Source: Thalia democratica
Taxonomy: Eukaryota
NCBI GenBank assembly: GCA_965202585.1
Contig: OZ241827.1
Location: 12,710,001-12,774,000, forward strand
Reading direction: 5' to 3'
DNA length: 64,000 bases
Below are positions 38,428-51,357 of this stretch, piece by piece. Numbering within the stretch: position 1 is the first letter of the stretch; each line of letters opens with the position of its first letter. Under the pieces are notes generated by a model, which had not been told where the DNA came from, did no database searches, and saw only the letters and a program-made list of their open reading frames with translations. The translations under genes and the position numbers were made by a program.

Positions 38428-40413
38428 TTATGGTTTTGGTAATTTAGCACAAGAAAATTTGCGAACATGTTGGGTTGCCCCGCAAACGTCTTCCGACCAC
38501 ACGTCATTTTCTACGTCATAAAGAAAAACAGATGCGTCCCCGTAACAGAAAAAGAGAATCTTGCTTCCAACTGAATTGACCTCACAATTGTCAAAATGCG
38601 ACAAAAAATCTGCAGCAGGCTTGTGCATTAAAACGAATTTGCTGCAACAAGAATCGAAAACTTCAAGACTATTTGAAAACAGACCGCCAAACGCGAACAG
38701 CTTGTTCTTGTGGGCGACCGCTTTGTGGAACACCCTTCTTTCGACCATGTTCGGCATACTTGTCCATGTATCAGCAATGTGATCGTACGCCTCGACGCTG
38801 TTTAATTTTCCGTCGTTGATGTTGCTTCCACCAGTGACGACGACTCTTCCTTCGAAAACGGCGCACGACGCACTATGCCTCCCCGAGTTCGTTCTGGCAA
38901 CTTCCCTCCACGTTGAGTTCGCCGTGTTGAACTCGAGACAGTTTATGGTAGGGTTTCTAATGCAATATCTTCCTCCAATGAAATATATTTTATCAATAAA
39001 CGAACATGCACAAAATTTATCACGATCGTCATACATTTTACTCACAACGCTCCAAGTGTCAGTGGCAGGTGAGTACCTTTCAACGGGCGTCACCGGGTCC
39101 CATTTTTCATTGACATAGTAATTGTAATCGCCACCTAGTGCGTAAATTTCACCATTGATGCAAAATATATCGTGATATCTTCGCGCATGATTGATTTCTG
39201 AAAAGCTTCTTGCTTTGGAAAGATTGTTAGCGTCGACAGTAAAGCAATCTTTGAGAACTTTATTTTTTTTTTGACCACCGACAACCACAAAGTTAAAACT
39301 ATCTTGACCACAGTGCCTATTGTTAGACGAAGCCTTGCTAGATTTAAACTCTTTCTTGTTCCTGATAGCTTTCTTTATAATATCGAAGCACTCCAAGTCC
39401 TCAACTATCCACATATTCTTGTCTAACGTATCATTCAAAGCAGGAACTGTTAGCAATGAAAACCGAACTCTTTGCAAGAGATATTTCGCATACTTCCTTC
39501 GTTCAATACTTTTATGTTTCAACCACGCATTCATTGCATTGAATACTTGCAGTTCTGAATCAATATGTAATTCAGAACTGTTTAATATTGCTGCTACAAA
39601 CTTAAAATCTAGCTCAAGAAAGCCTTCTGAATCAGCAATAGTTGTAAACCAACGTTCAATAACGCGTAAAGAAGTTTTGAAAATTTCTTGGAGTCTAAAT
39701 AGTTGAGAGAAGAAAAGATATGGTATACAGTTAGGTACAGTAACATTATCTTCTATCCATTTACTTGTTTGATTTGCTGTTTTTTCATCCAGCAAAACTT
39801 TACTAACTTTTAAAAGTCTTGTTCTGTTTTCTTCGTTAGATTTCTTTTTTTCTGTTTAAATTTTGACAAATAAATAAGATCATGTAACTTTAAGCTTAAT
39901 ATATTTTTTAATTAATTACTTTAGCAATATAATATATACTTATTTTAAATATAAGAAAAAAAAACAATATTTCAGTGTGAGCTTAACCTTAAGCAAAGAT
40001 GAATATTTATATCGAAAACAAGTTGGTTATTTTGGCTTATACATGGAGTAGAAAAAATAATTTTTTTTGTGCTCAGTTTGCAACAATTAGAGGAATTAGA
40101 GCAACTACAACTGCTAGAATTAAAAAAATTCTAAATATTGTATAACTGACCTAAAGTCTATCACTCTATTGCTTAAAACTAATAGCTAGTTTCTAACATG
40201 TTCATTTCAAAAGTAATGTTTTAGTTTCTGAAGCTTTAATTTTAGTTCAACTACTACAAGTTAAAATAAAAACCCACCTAGATTCACAACATCAATTTTT
40301 TGCCTGGTATTTTCTTTACACAGATCGTGAAAACCAAGCTTTTTACTTTTAGCAACAAACTTATCATCAGTTGTTGATAAAACTAGTTTTCGTTTCACTA
40401 TACTTTTGCTCAT
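38428..40413 (-). CDS. Kelch-like protein C, 2 exons: complement join(40413-40278,39851-38428), 519 aa
   Basis: Direct duplicate of copy A; both exons are open and the splice sites intact. Confidence 0.85.
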
Positions 40414-41585
40414 ACTTTTATTTTAAAGTCTGCAATATTAAATATTATTTAAAATAGAATAAATGTAAGGTATTGGTTGTCGTACACTCAATTTATTAAT
40501 AATATTTATCATAATTTAAATCAAGCTTTTTTTAATTATTATCTTATAAATACTAAATGCTACTTTAGTCTACTTTTTAAAAATCTGATGCACAGTTTAA
40601 ATAACGTATCTTTTATCTAAAAGAACCACAAAAAAATATACAAAATCTCCATATTTAGAATATAAGTTATTTTATAAACAACTTGGAACTAAATAAACTT
40701 TAATAACAAACCAAATTTAAGTGCAGTAAACTATAAAACAATTAAGGAATCGGCAAATGTTTAAATCTATTACAAAGACTTAAAACAATTAATTAAGGCA
40801 TATATCAAAAATTTTCGTGAGCAATAAACTACAAAAGGCTTAAATAATTATTAAAAATTAGTATCCAATTCAAATATATAAAGCAATAACTACTATAGAG
40901 TTTAAATATTAACTGAATATTTAAACAATACCCTACAATAAAAAAGCATTCAAATAATGTTTTTGTAGAAATCTTTAGTAGATCCTTCTCTTACCTTCAC
41001 AATACACTACTGAATTCACAAGTATATATAATTGTTATGTTTTTTTGGATTTCATCAGTATTTTTCACGCCTCACTAACCCTCGTTCTGATTGGCTCAAA
41101 AGGTCGTGGTTGGGTGCTTTAAGAGTTGACTTCCATATATGGTCATTGTTATCAGGCTTTCAATTTTCAGAGATCAAACAATGAATAATTCAAGTAAAGT
41201 AAAAGCACTTTAAAACGGTAACCAAACGACTTAATAAAAAAATTGGGTAAAAATAATAACCATTAGTCTTAGAAACAGTATCTAAGTTAGCCTAAGTTTT
41301 ACAAAAAAAGCCTGAAATCTAATTAAGTGTTAAAACTAGCCTAAGTATGCCTTAACTAAACATCCTAATTATACTGAGTGTGTGTTACCCTGTTTGTCAA
41401 AGCAATTACATGCATTTGCCTAATTCTGACTTAGTTGAATTTTACACACTAAACATTACATTAATAGGAATATAAAAATTTAGGCTAAAACTTAAAGCTA
41501 AAGTTAGTCTTTTAATTCTAAAAAACAAACAAAAAAAAATTTAATCTAATAATCATACTGTACCTATGACGACGTTATTCTAAAT

Positions 41586-41848
41586 CAGGGTTTCCTAAAG
41601 TGGGCCAAATGACCCCTTTAGGAGCCATGGCAGATATTCAGAGATTCAGAGACTAGTTTAAGAGCCACAGGGGGCCATGAGGTCATAATTTTAAACTTAT
41701 AATAGATATTCTGGAGTCGCAGATTAACAACAAGAAATAAAAAAAAAAAAAAAGTTTTAGGTACTTTTAATTTTTTTTGAGTAATCTTGTTGAGGAGCTT
41801 TTTTAATTTCTTTAAAGAGGGTCATTTAAAAAAGTTTTTGAAACACTT
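41586..41848. mobile_element. Duplicated copy of the 15752 MITE
   Basis: Starts CAGGGTTTCCTAAAGTGGGCC and has the same flanking context as 15752. Confidence 0.6.
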
Positions 41849-44800
41849 TTCAAAATAAATATTTTAAAACCAGACTTGGTTGTTTAAAAAACGTGAAAAA
41901 AAGACCCAACTTGTAGTAAATAAAAGAAAAACGAGTAAAAATAAGTTTAATAAGTCATTAATACATTCTCCATCTCAAACTAATAAACTTATATTTATAT
42001 CAGGGTTACTTTTGTTTGAATCACAACCTTATTTAAAAATATTAGCAAGAGCTTAATAGCCTAAACTAGTCAATCAAGTAACAAAAAAAGGAATTTTTAA
42101 AAGTGATAATATTTGAAAATGTTTTTATAAAAATGTACTACTGAAGAACTTTAAAAATGTCGTGAACATTTTCTTTTTTTTTTAAAGTAAAACCTTATTG
42201 AGTTTTACAATTACTTTTTGTTTCACAGGAAATTAAAATCTTACTTATTATTATGAGACTAAATCTTTAAATAGTTCTAAACAAAGAACCATTATTTAAG
42301 CTAAATCTCAAGGATGTTAGTAAAATATAATGTATTAATTATCTTTATCATTATTATAATATAAGTTTTGTTGATAAAATTATTTTAAGCCCTTAGTAAG
42401 TGCATTAAAAATGAAATTTTTATTGCACCTTTGAGTTAATGAAAGAAAACTATGGAGAATATTTGTCAGACTAACTTATTTTGAAACTAGAAAACATTTC
42501 TAAGTGACCAAAAAAATCATTTCAACTACCCTGGGTCATCTTATATCTGAATATAAACTGTAAAAGCCAGAAGCTAAACATCATACAGTTAATCAGTTAT
42601 ACCTAAAAATAACAATATGATAACAAAAGGAACGGAGATCAAAAACAATAAATACATAATTTCAGGAAAAAATATTTTAATACCATCAATCTGGACTGAG
42701 TATTTACGTAAAATATCAAATTTTGCCTAAATTATTGACAAAAAAAAACATCATAGGACAGTAGAAATTTCAGAATTTTCAATCTAATTTGAGAGTGTGA
42801 TAACCCATAGTAATGGTAAATTTTTAAACTGGAAATTAACAGGGTTTTTCTATTTAAAGCAAAAAGTTATTGTGAGTGACTAAAATCTAGCTTGAGTCAA
42901 CCAAACTTGTCTGACTTATACTCAATTTTTTATAAAAAAGAAAAAGACAAAATAGTAGAGTATGTAGTTAATCAAGGTTAATAAGCTTAATTATCATTGG
43001 TATAAAATAAATTCACAAGTATGTAAAAGAAATAATATTTAATATCATGTTGTCTAGAAAAGTTAAGATAAACTATAAAATAAATGAAAGCATTATTTGA
43101 AATTTCTTGAAACTTGGATGCATTAATATATTTTTCAAGAGAAACTTTAATCATTTTTATCATTATAAGTGTGTATTAAAATTTTTTGTTCTGATTTCAA
43201 AAAAGTTAGTTCTAATTTTGAAGCATAATGTTACAATTGTGAAAATATTACTATGAAATTTATAGAACTAAGCTTTTTAATTCTTTTCTTATTCTATATT
43301 ATTTTAATAAAAAATGTTTAGTAAAGAAGTTTTTTATTCTATTTGAAATATTAACTGTATTAATCATTAAAAAACAATTTAAAGCTTAGCAAATAAGTTG
43401 TATGATAAAACTTAGTTATTAAAAGTAAAAACTGAAAATTAACAATATCCATGTTTTTTAATGACTATAATATTCCGCCTTATGATTGTAGCTGGATGAC
43501 TGAAAGATGTTCTTCACACAAATCTATTCACATAAGCTTTAAAAGTTTTAATAGTACTAATAAAACTAAAATGGTCAACAAACAAAAAAAATGCAACACC
43601 AGAGCTAAATTTAGTCTTGTAGATGTCTATAGCTAGAATAAAAAAACTTGTTTAAAAACAAAATTTTTATTACAACCTCAAAATTGTATGCACCTTTAAA
43701 TAAGTTTGGTGCACAGCAAAAGTATTGTGAAATAAAAAACAATTAATTATAAGTATTTATCTTATTGTAGCAGAACAAGAAAGTATGGTTTTGTTAATAA
43801 TTATAAACTAAAAAAGCTTAAATTGAAATTTTTTATTCCACCTTTGAGTTAATGAAAGAAAATTATTGAGAATATTTAATAGACTAACTTATTTTGAAAC
43901 CAAAAAATATTTCTGAGTGACCAAAAAAATCATTTCAACTACCCTGGGTCATCTTATATCTGAAAATAAACTGTAAAAGCCAGAAGCTAAACATCATACA
44001 GTTAATCAGTTATACCTAAAAATAACAATATGTTATCAAAAGGAATGGAGATCAAAAACAATAAATACATTTTTCAGGAAAAAATATTTTAATATCATCA
44101 ACCTGGACTGAGTATTTACGTAAAATATCAAATTTTGCCTAAATTATTGATAAAAAACATAAAACATCATAGGACAGTAGAAATTTCAGAATTTTCAATC
44201 TAACTTGAGAGTGTGATAACCCTGAGTAATGGTAAATTTTCAAGTTGGAAATTAACAGGGTTTTTCTATTTAAAGCAAAAAGTTATTGTGAGTGACTAAA
44301 ATCTAGCCTGAGTTAACCAAACTTGTCTGACTAATACTCAGTTTTTTATAAAAGAAAAAGACAAAATAGTAGAATATGTAGTTAATCAAGGTTAATAAGC
44401 TTAATTATTATTGATAAAAAATAGCTTCAGAAGTATGTAAAAGAAATATTCATGTTGTCTAGAAAAGTTAAGATAAAGTAAAAAATAAATGAAAGCATTA
44501 TTTGAAATTTCTTGAAACTTAAATGCATTACTATATTTTTCCAGAGAAACTTTAATCATTATTAAGGTTTTAAGATTTCCTGATTAAAAAAAAAATTAAA
44601 GTGTGTAGTAATATTTTTTGTTCTAATTTCAAAAAAGTTAGTTCCAATTTGAAGCATAATGTTTCAGTTGTGAAAATATTACTATGAAATTTATAAAACT
44701 AAGCTTTTTAATTCTTTTCTTATTCTATATTATTTTAATAAAAAATGTTTAGTAAAGAAGTTTTTTTATTCTATATTAAATATTAACTGTATTAATCATT

Positions 44801-45578
44801 AAAAAACAATTTAAAGCTTAGCAAATAAGTTGTATGATAAAACTTAGTTATTAAAAGTAAAAACTGAAAATTAAAAATATCCATGTTTTTTAATGACTAT
44901 AATATTCCGCCTTATGATTGTAGCTGGATGACTGAAAGATTTTAGTCACACAAATTTATTCACATAAGCTTTTAAAGTTTTAATAGTACTAATAAAACTA
45001 AAATGGTCAACAAACAAAAAAAATGCAACACCAGAGCTAAATTTAGTCTTGTAGATGTCTATAGCTAGAATAAAAAAACTTGTTTAAAAACAAAATTTTT
45101 ATTACAACCTCAAAATTGTATGCACCTTTAAATAAGTTTGGTGCACAGCAAAAGTATTGTGAAATAAAAAACAATTAATTATGAGTATTTATTTTTATTG
45201 TAGCAGAACAAGAAAGTATGGTTTTATTAATAATTATAAACTAAAAAAGCTTTATTCTCAAAAGTCGGTAGTACAACAATGCTACTTCTAAAAGGTTTTG
45301 AAATTTTATAAAAAGAACAAGAAAAATAATGTTTAAGGGAAACTTTAAAATATCTATTTGAATTTGTAATAAAATGATTTAATAATAGAACCCTCTGATA
45401 ATTTAAATTAATCATATGATTTATTTGCTAAGATTTAAATTATTTTAAATGATTATCACAATTAATATTTCCAATAAAAATATAATATAAGTTTCAATTT
45501 AATTCATTATTTTTTCTAACAAACGTGGATTAAAAGCATGAAAAAAACCAAAACATTTAATTATATTCATTTTTTTAG

Positions 45579-45729
45579 GTTTCCCTACCCGGAATTGGTT
45601 GAATTGTCAAGCATAAGTGGTTATTATGACAAAAATGACTGCCCTGACAACAATGGCTACCTTGACAATCGTGGTTACCAGGGTTCCCAGGACTGCAGTT
45701 ACCATGGAAGCCACCATGGCAGGGCTTAA
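45579..45729 (+). other. Orphan duplicate of connexin A terminal exon 10 (exon 10'), possible alternative last exon
   Basis: Acceptor tttttag|G intact; 151 nt; open to the same TAA (FPYPELVELSSISGYY...SQDCSYHGSHHGRA*). The downstream 3' region is also duplicated (~45490-46530 vs ~10810-11830). Confidence 0.7.
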
Positions 45730-47130
45730 GTAAATTTAGTGTCCCCAAATAATTTTTGTTTTTAAGAAATCTCAGTGTTTTGTAATTATTGTGCCGCTAA
45801 GGTGTTCTGATTAGGCTTAAAAATTTTACTTAATTAGTTTAGTTGTGTCTAAAATTTCAAAGTACAAGCTCACTTGTTTATTATTTGTTATATATTCTTA
45901 CTTCATTTTTTGTTGTCCAACGTTCGACCCGAGCATCAAACCTAAGCTACTAAACAGAACGCATGAGAAGAAAAATTTCAAAAGTTTTACTATAAAATAA
46001 ACCCGTTAATGTTTAACTTATCATTTTTTGTATGCATTATAGCTGATTTTCTCTATTAGAAATATAAATAAAGGGGTTAATATATAAACAAAAACTTGTT
46101 ATATAAAAAAAAGATAAATATAATAAGGTTAAAATCACAAAAAAATTAGTTTAGATAACTTATAAATAACCTGTTAAAATGTAAGTTTAAACAAAAACGT
46201 TCAAAAAGATTAAGGAGCTTTCATTAAAACCAAAAACAGACGATGAACTTAATAAAACATTTATATACTATCAGATGGAAGTTAGTGTATTTTTTTTTGT
46301 TAAAACTAGCCATCAGCAGTAGCTAGTTGCAATTAACTTAAGTTACTTAGGTAATTTATGAATTTATGGTATTTTATATATTCTGTTAATACTAACAAAT
46401 ATTTTAAATAAACAAAAATGTTGAACTTTTATATAAAAAATTCAAATCTTTTACAAAAACTACTTTTTGAAGAAGTTTATTCAAAGTTGCTTGTCTGTGC
46501 AAAAAAGAGGTATGCCAATGACTATAAAAAAACATTTATTATTAATATATGTAATTAGATAATAAGTTTGAATAGATGCATTACGTCGAATTTATATCTT
46601 CTAAACTTTATAGACTTTAGGCCAAATTTATTCAGTTTTTTTCGATATGATGTGTTAAGTGTATTGCGAAGATTGTGTGTTGATCGTGTAAGCTTTCTTA
46701 GTACTGCATCGATTATTTTTTCATGTTTTAGACAGGGAGATTAAACTAGAACAAACTAGAAAGGCAGGCTGCAATTGTAAGTTTTTGAAAAGTTTTTCAC
46801 TCATAACATTATGCAAATTTATGCAATTGAGGTAAAGTGATAATACAGCAAAACATTAAGAACATATGTACCTAGCCCACTTTACACAAATGTTTTAATC
46901 TATACCCTTACCCCTAACCGACCTTACCCAAACATATATAAATAAAACAAAAATAAACGTTTTCTTACATAGAATTAAAATAAGTAAAATATTAGCCAAT
47001 CAGAAGCGACCTTAGAACTGCATCCAACGCAATTAGAATGTAAAGTAATGATACAGATATAGATCAAAAATGTTAAACATTTTAAGCTTATTTAAGTTAT
47101 ATGTTGTTCAAACGACTTATTTGTCTAAAC

Positions 47131-50100
47131 CAGGGGTCGGCAGCCTTTAGTAACTCGCGGGCCAATTTTCTCAGAGAAAATTGCTCTCGGGCTGCACTTT
47201 TTAGAAAAAAGTTGTCGAAGGCCGCAAATATATTTTAAGTAGTATGGCAGTAGTATTTAAAATCGAAAATATTATAAGGAAAAAAATACTAATTTAAACC
47301 AAAACTAAAACAAAATAAGCAATAAAAAAGCACCTTTAAAAAAAATCTATAATATTAAGAGTCTAGTTGTAAGTTTTTATTGGAAAACCGTTTATTTTTA
47401 TACGGTTTCAAAAGTATTTTTGTGGCTAAAAAGTAGCTCGGGGACCGCAAATTTTGGCTTTGAGAAAAAACAGAATCTTTTTTAAATATTGAATTTACTA
47501 AGCTACCAATATTCAAGTAGAGCAGCTTTATTTCTCAAGTTTTAATAAATAATCTTAAGGCATTCCTAAACAAGAAGTCTACTTGAAAAAACTCCAAACA
47601 ATACTAAACTTACCACAATAAATGTATTCATAATATTTATTTGAATTTAGTATCAACTAATAAAATTTAGTTTTTAATATAATCTAAAACAGCAAAACAC
47701 AATGTAAACTTTTATTGAACCAAATAACTTTATTAACAAAATTAAAACGACATGCTTACTGAGTTTGCAAAACAGAAAAACTAAATCAAAACACAAGTGA
47801 ATTATGCGGTTCAACTCGACACGACTTATAGTTTAACAATCAAGTTAATGTGTACGATTATACGATGGCTGCAAAGCCCCAACGTCCCAGCGATTTCCCG
47901 AAGTTGACCACCCGTTCTTATGTTTACCAAGGGGTGGGTTGTCTCTTCTTTATCGAGAAGGTAAGGAGGATCATAGTGAACAACATTATAGTTGTTCACC
48001 TTTGAAAAACTATCAACGGCACATGTCATCAGGTCGTCGACGTCATCAGTCATTTTGATCATGCACGGGAAGCTTTGAACACTGCCTATTTGAGGATGCA
48101 CACGGAATTCAACATTTAATTGTTCATCCATTTTCATTGCTGGGTAAACTAACATACAAGTAGAAACCTGAATGTGATTTTATAATAAATTACCCAACAA
48201 AGTTATACATGACTAAAATTATACTATTTTGAGTAGATAATTGACAATTGTACAACTAAAGTTTGTCTCATACTGTACTTATACTGGTAGTATATTTCTT
48301 ATTACAAGGTTATACTGATTGAAAAGTTTCCTAATTATGAAATTACAAAAAATAGTTGACTTTTTTACTAGATTGAAAAAAGAAAAACTTATTATATCTA
48401 GTGCAGAATCATATTGAAAATTCGAAAGAATTATACAAAAGTGTATTTTTAAACATGTATTACACTAATTAGTTTTAATAGATAATCGTCACAGTCTTAG
48501 AAAAGTTTTGTTTAACAAAAGGATCAAAAATTACTTCAGGTCACTCTAAATTTTTTTTTGGTACAGCAACATACTTGTTAGCAAATAAATAAAAAAATTC
48601 TGTGATTCAAATAACATTTTAAAATTATTATAAGATAATGATTAAATCAAAAACCTTAAAATAAAATCTTAACAAATTCTAAGTTCTTGATATTAACAAA
48701 ATCTAGTCTTACTTTAATTCAAGTGGTGTTTTAATTATTAGCACTAATTAATGAAATCTAAATAGGTGAAAATTTTAGATGGCACCATCATAATAATTAA
48801 GTATTCAAAATTGCACAAGTTTTATCATACCAAATACTAAAGTCTTATAAAATTTAGAATTACCATTTAAATAAATTAATTTCAATTATGTAAAAGTAAA
48901 AAATCGAAATTAATTTTTTTTTTCTCCCTGTAACTTGAAACAGTACTTGCTACTGCTGTTTGATTAGCGTCTACTTTTTGAACAAAATAGTTTTTATTTC
49001 TTATAATTTTGTTTAAAATTATAGCTAACTCTAGCTTCAATTCCTACAAGAATATATTCTTGTGTTAGAAAATCATAGAAAATATAAAACATTTAAAAAT
49101 TTTAGTTCTACGACGAAAGAAAGCAAATTAAATAAAAATACTATAGCTGACATTTACTTTTAGTTTATTTAAAAGATAAGAAAAAAAAATCGACTGAAAA
49201 GTAAGTTTTAAATAAGTATAATTTTATGCTCAGTATAAACAAAATCAAAGCTTGCAAGCACAAAAAATTGTTTGTACTTACTTGATTGAAGTCATACTTT
49301 GCACTGTTAATTATTTTTCAACCCAAAAACTGACTCTTTAGCCGAATAATTTACTTACTGCTTACTTACAAAACTTATTGCTAAACCCTAATGCTAAAAG
49401 TCTGAATCCACAGTTTATCATTGACTATTACACTCATACTTCCTGTTACAAAAACTTTATCTCTAAGAAAAGTTATCAAATTACCCTTATTTTACAAGTG
49501 AAACCCGTACAACTCTGATCATTTAAGCAAACACTAATATATGAAAAATTACAAAGTTTTCTGAAATTTAGGTTGCTACAAATTAATCATTAACGAATTG
49601 ACAACGACATTGAACCTATTGTTAAATTTTGAAGTAAAACTTTAAGAAATTATAATAAAAACTCCGTAAAAGTATTTGTAAAAATAAATTCAAATTTATA
49701 ATAAATTGAAGATGTTTATATTTTAAATGAAACATAAACATTCTTAATATTTAAGGTTCTACGTTTTAAATTTTAAAACTAATCTTTATTAGCAGAATAT
49801 TACCTAATTAACATGGTTTAAAGCAGTTTAGAAAACTATGTTTAAACAAAAAAAAAACAAGGAACTAAACAAGGTGTCGGTAGCTTTTGTTAAAAAAAAT
49901 ATAGAAAAATTCATTTGCTTACAACATCGAAAGAAAACAGCTCTTGGTCAGCTATAGTATTTTTGAAAATTTTATTTAAAAATGTTCTATATAAGAGCAA
50001 ATTTGTAATAGAATAAAGTTCTTTGTCTCCCTGTAACTTAAAACAGTACTTGCTACTGCTGTTTGACTAGCGTCAACTTTTTGAACAAATATTGAATAAA

Positions 50101-51357
50101 ATAATTTTTACTTCTTATGATATATGTTCAAAATTTCAGCCAAATCTAGCTTTAATTCCTACAAGAGTTCTTTGTTGTGTTAAAAAATGTAAAAGTCTTT
50201 AAATATTCAAGTATTTCAATTCTATGACGATAGGGTAAGTTAAACAAAAAAAAGTGTAAGTTTTTCTATTTAAAGCATAGAAAAAGTATTATATTGATAA
50301 ATAAGTTTATATAAGTATACTTATATGCTCGTTCAGTATAACCAAAATCAAAAGCTTTTGTACTTATTTGATTTTTTAACCCAAAAACTGACTCTTAAAC
50401 CGAATGATTAGCTATTTACTACTTGCTTCCAAAAAACAACAACTGACCCCAATGCTAAAAGCCTGGTTACACATTACTTCATCGACTGTGAACTTCTTTT
50501 CCTGCTACAAAAACATTACCTCTGAGAAAATTTAGCAAAGTCTACAATTGAAACCTCGGACGACTCCATAGAAAATATTATCAAATGAAAAAATTACAAA
50601 GTTGTATGAAATTTAGGTGGCTAAAAATTACTCATTAATAAATTGACAACGTCATTGAACCTATTGTTAGTACGAAGCAAAACGAGCAGTTACTAAGTAG
50701 GCCTGGTTAGCTAAAGGTAACAATTGAAGACTAAAGCTTTGTACTGTTTCGACTCGGTAACCCAAAGGTTTTTATTTCGTAAACCAGGCCCTTGAACCAA
50801 ACTTTTGGAGCATTTTTTATCGTTGAACAAACAATAGTTGTGAGGTTTACATAAATTTTACAGCTACTTGCACTTAAGTTTGATGTGGCTAGATTTGATA
50901 TAATGTTAGTGTAATTAGTAGGAAAAAATGAGTAATTAGGTGCTTGGAACTTATAGAACATTTTAAAAGTAACTTAAGTTTACATTTTAGGCAAGCTTTT
51001 TAAATTTTAAACATAAAATACACATATTTTATACAACTTAAAGTTTCAAGACACTAAGGTCTTTAGCAGGGTTTGACAACTGCAGCCCTCAAAGCTCGAA
51101 ATGTATCTTTTCGAAGAAAGTAATAACAACATTTTTTCTGTTAAAAGCTTCCAATTAAGCTCATAGTTCTTCATTATTGGTCCGCTGCTTTCAGATATTT
51201 TGTCACATTTTTGGTATAAAGTATTATTTTTAGCTTGATTACTACAAATACTTTTGGGTAACTGCTCTCGCGGAAAATTTTTTCCACAAAGTACGGCTCG
51301 CGAGTAACTTCTTATCTGAAATTTGGCCCGCGACTTGTAAAAGGCTGCCGACCCCTG
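47131..51357. mobile_element. Inward-facing hAT (Charlie/Buster-like) TIR pair bracketing 4.2 kb
   Basis: Left end CAGGGGTCGGCAGCCTTTAGTAACTCGCGGGCCAA; right end (reverse complement) CAGGGGTCGGCAGCCTTTTACAAGTCGCGGGCCAA. The flanks GTCTAAAC and GTCCACAG match only 5/8, so these could be one element or two half-elements. No transposase seen. Confidence 0.5.
47826..48155 (-). CDS. Unknown 109-aa ORF/exon, no recognised family
   Basis: GC-richer island in AT-rich DNA. It is open for 109 codons and preceded by a 3' splice acceptor (cacattcag| at 48168) 12 nt upstream of the ATG and in frame. Globular-looking composition; no homolog recognised. Confidence 0.45.
   Translation of the reverse strand: MLVYPAMKMDEQLNVEFRVHPQIGSVQSFPCMIKMTDDVDDLMTCAVDSFSKVNNYNVVHYDPPYLLDKEETTHPLVNIRTGGQLREIAGTLGLCSHRIIVHINLIVKL

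Larger units (their letters stand above)
37850..43815. repeat. Segmental duplication, direct copy of ~12030-17990
   Basis: Colinear near-identity with copy 1, including Kelch C. Confidence 0.9.
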
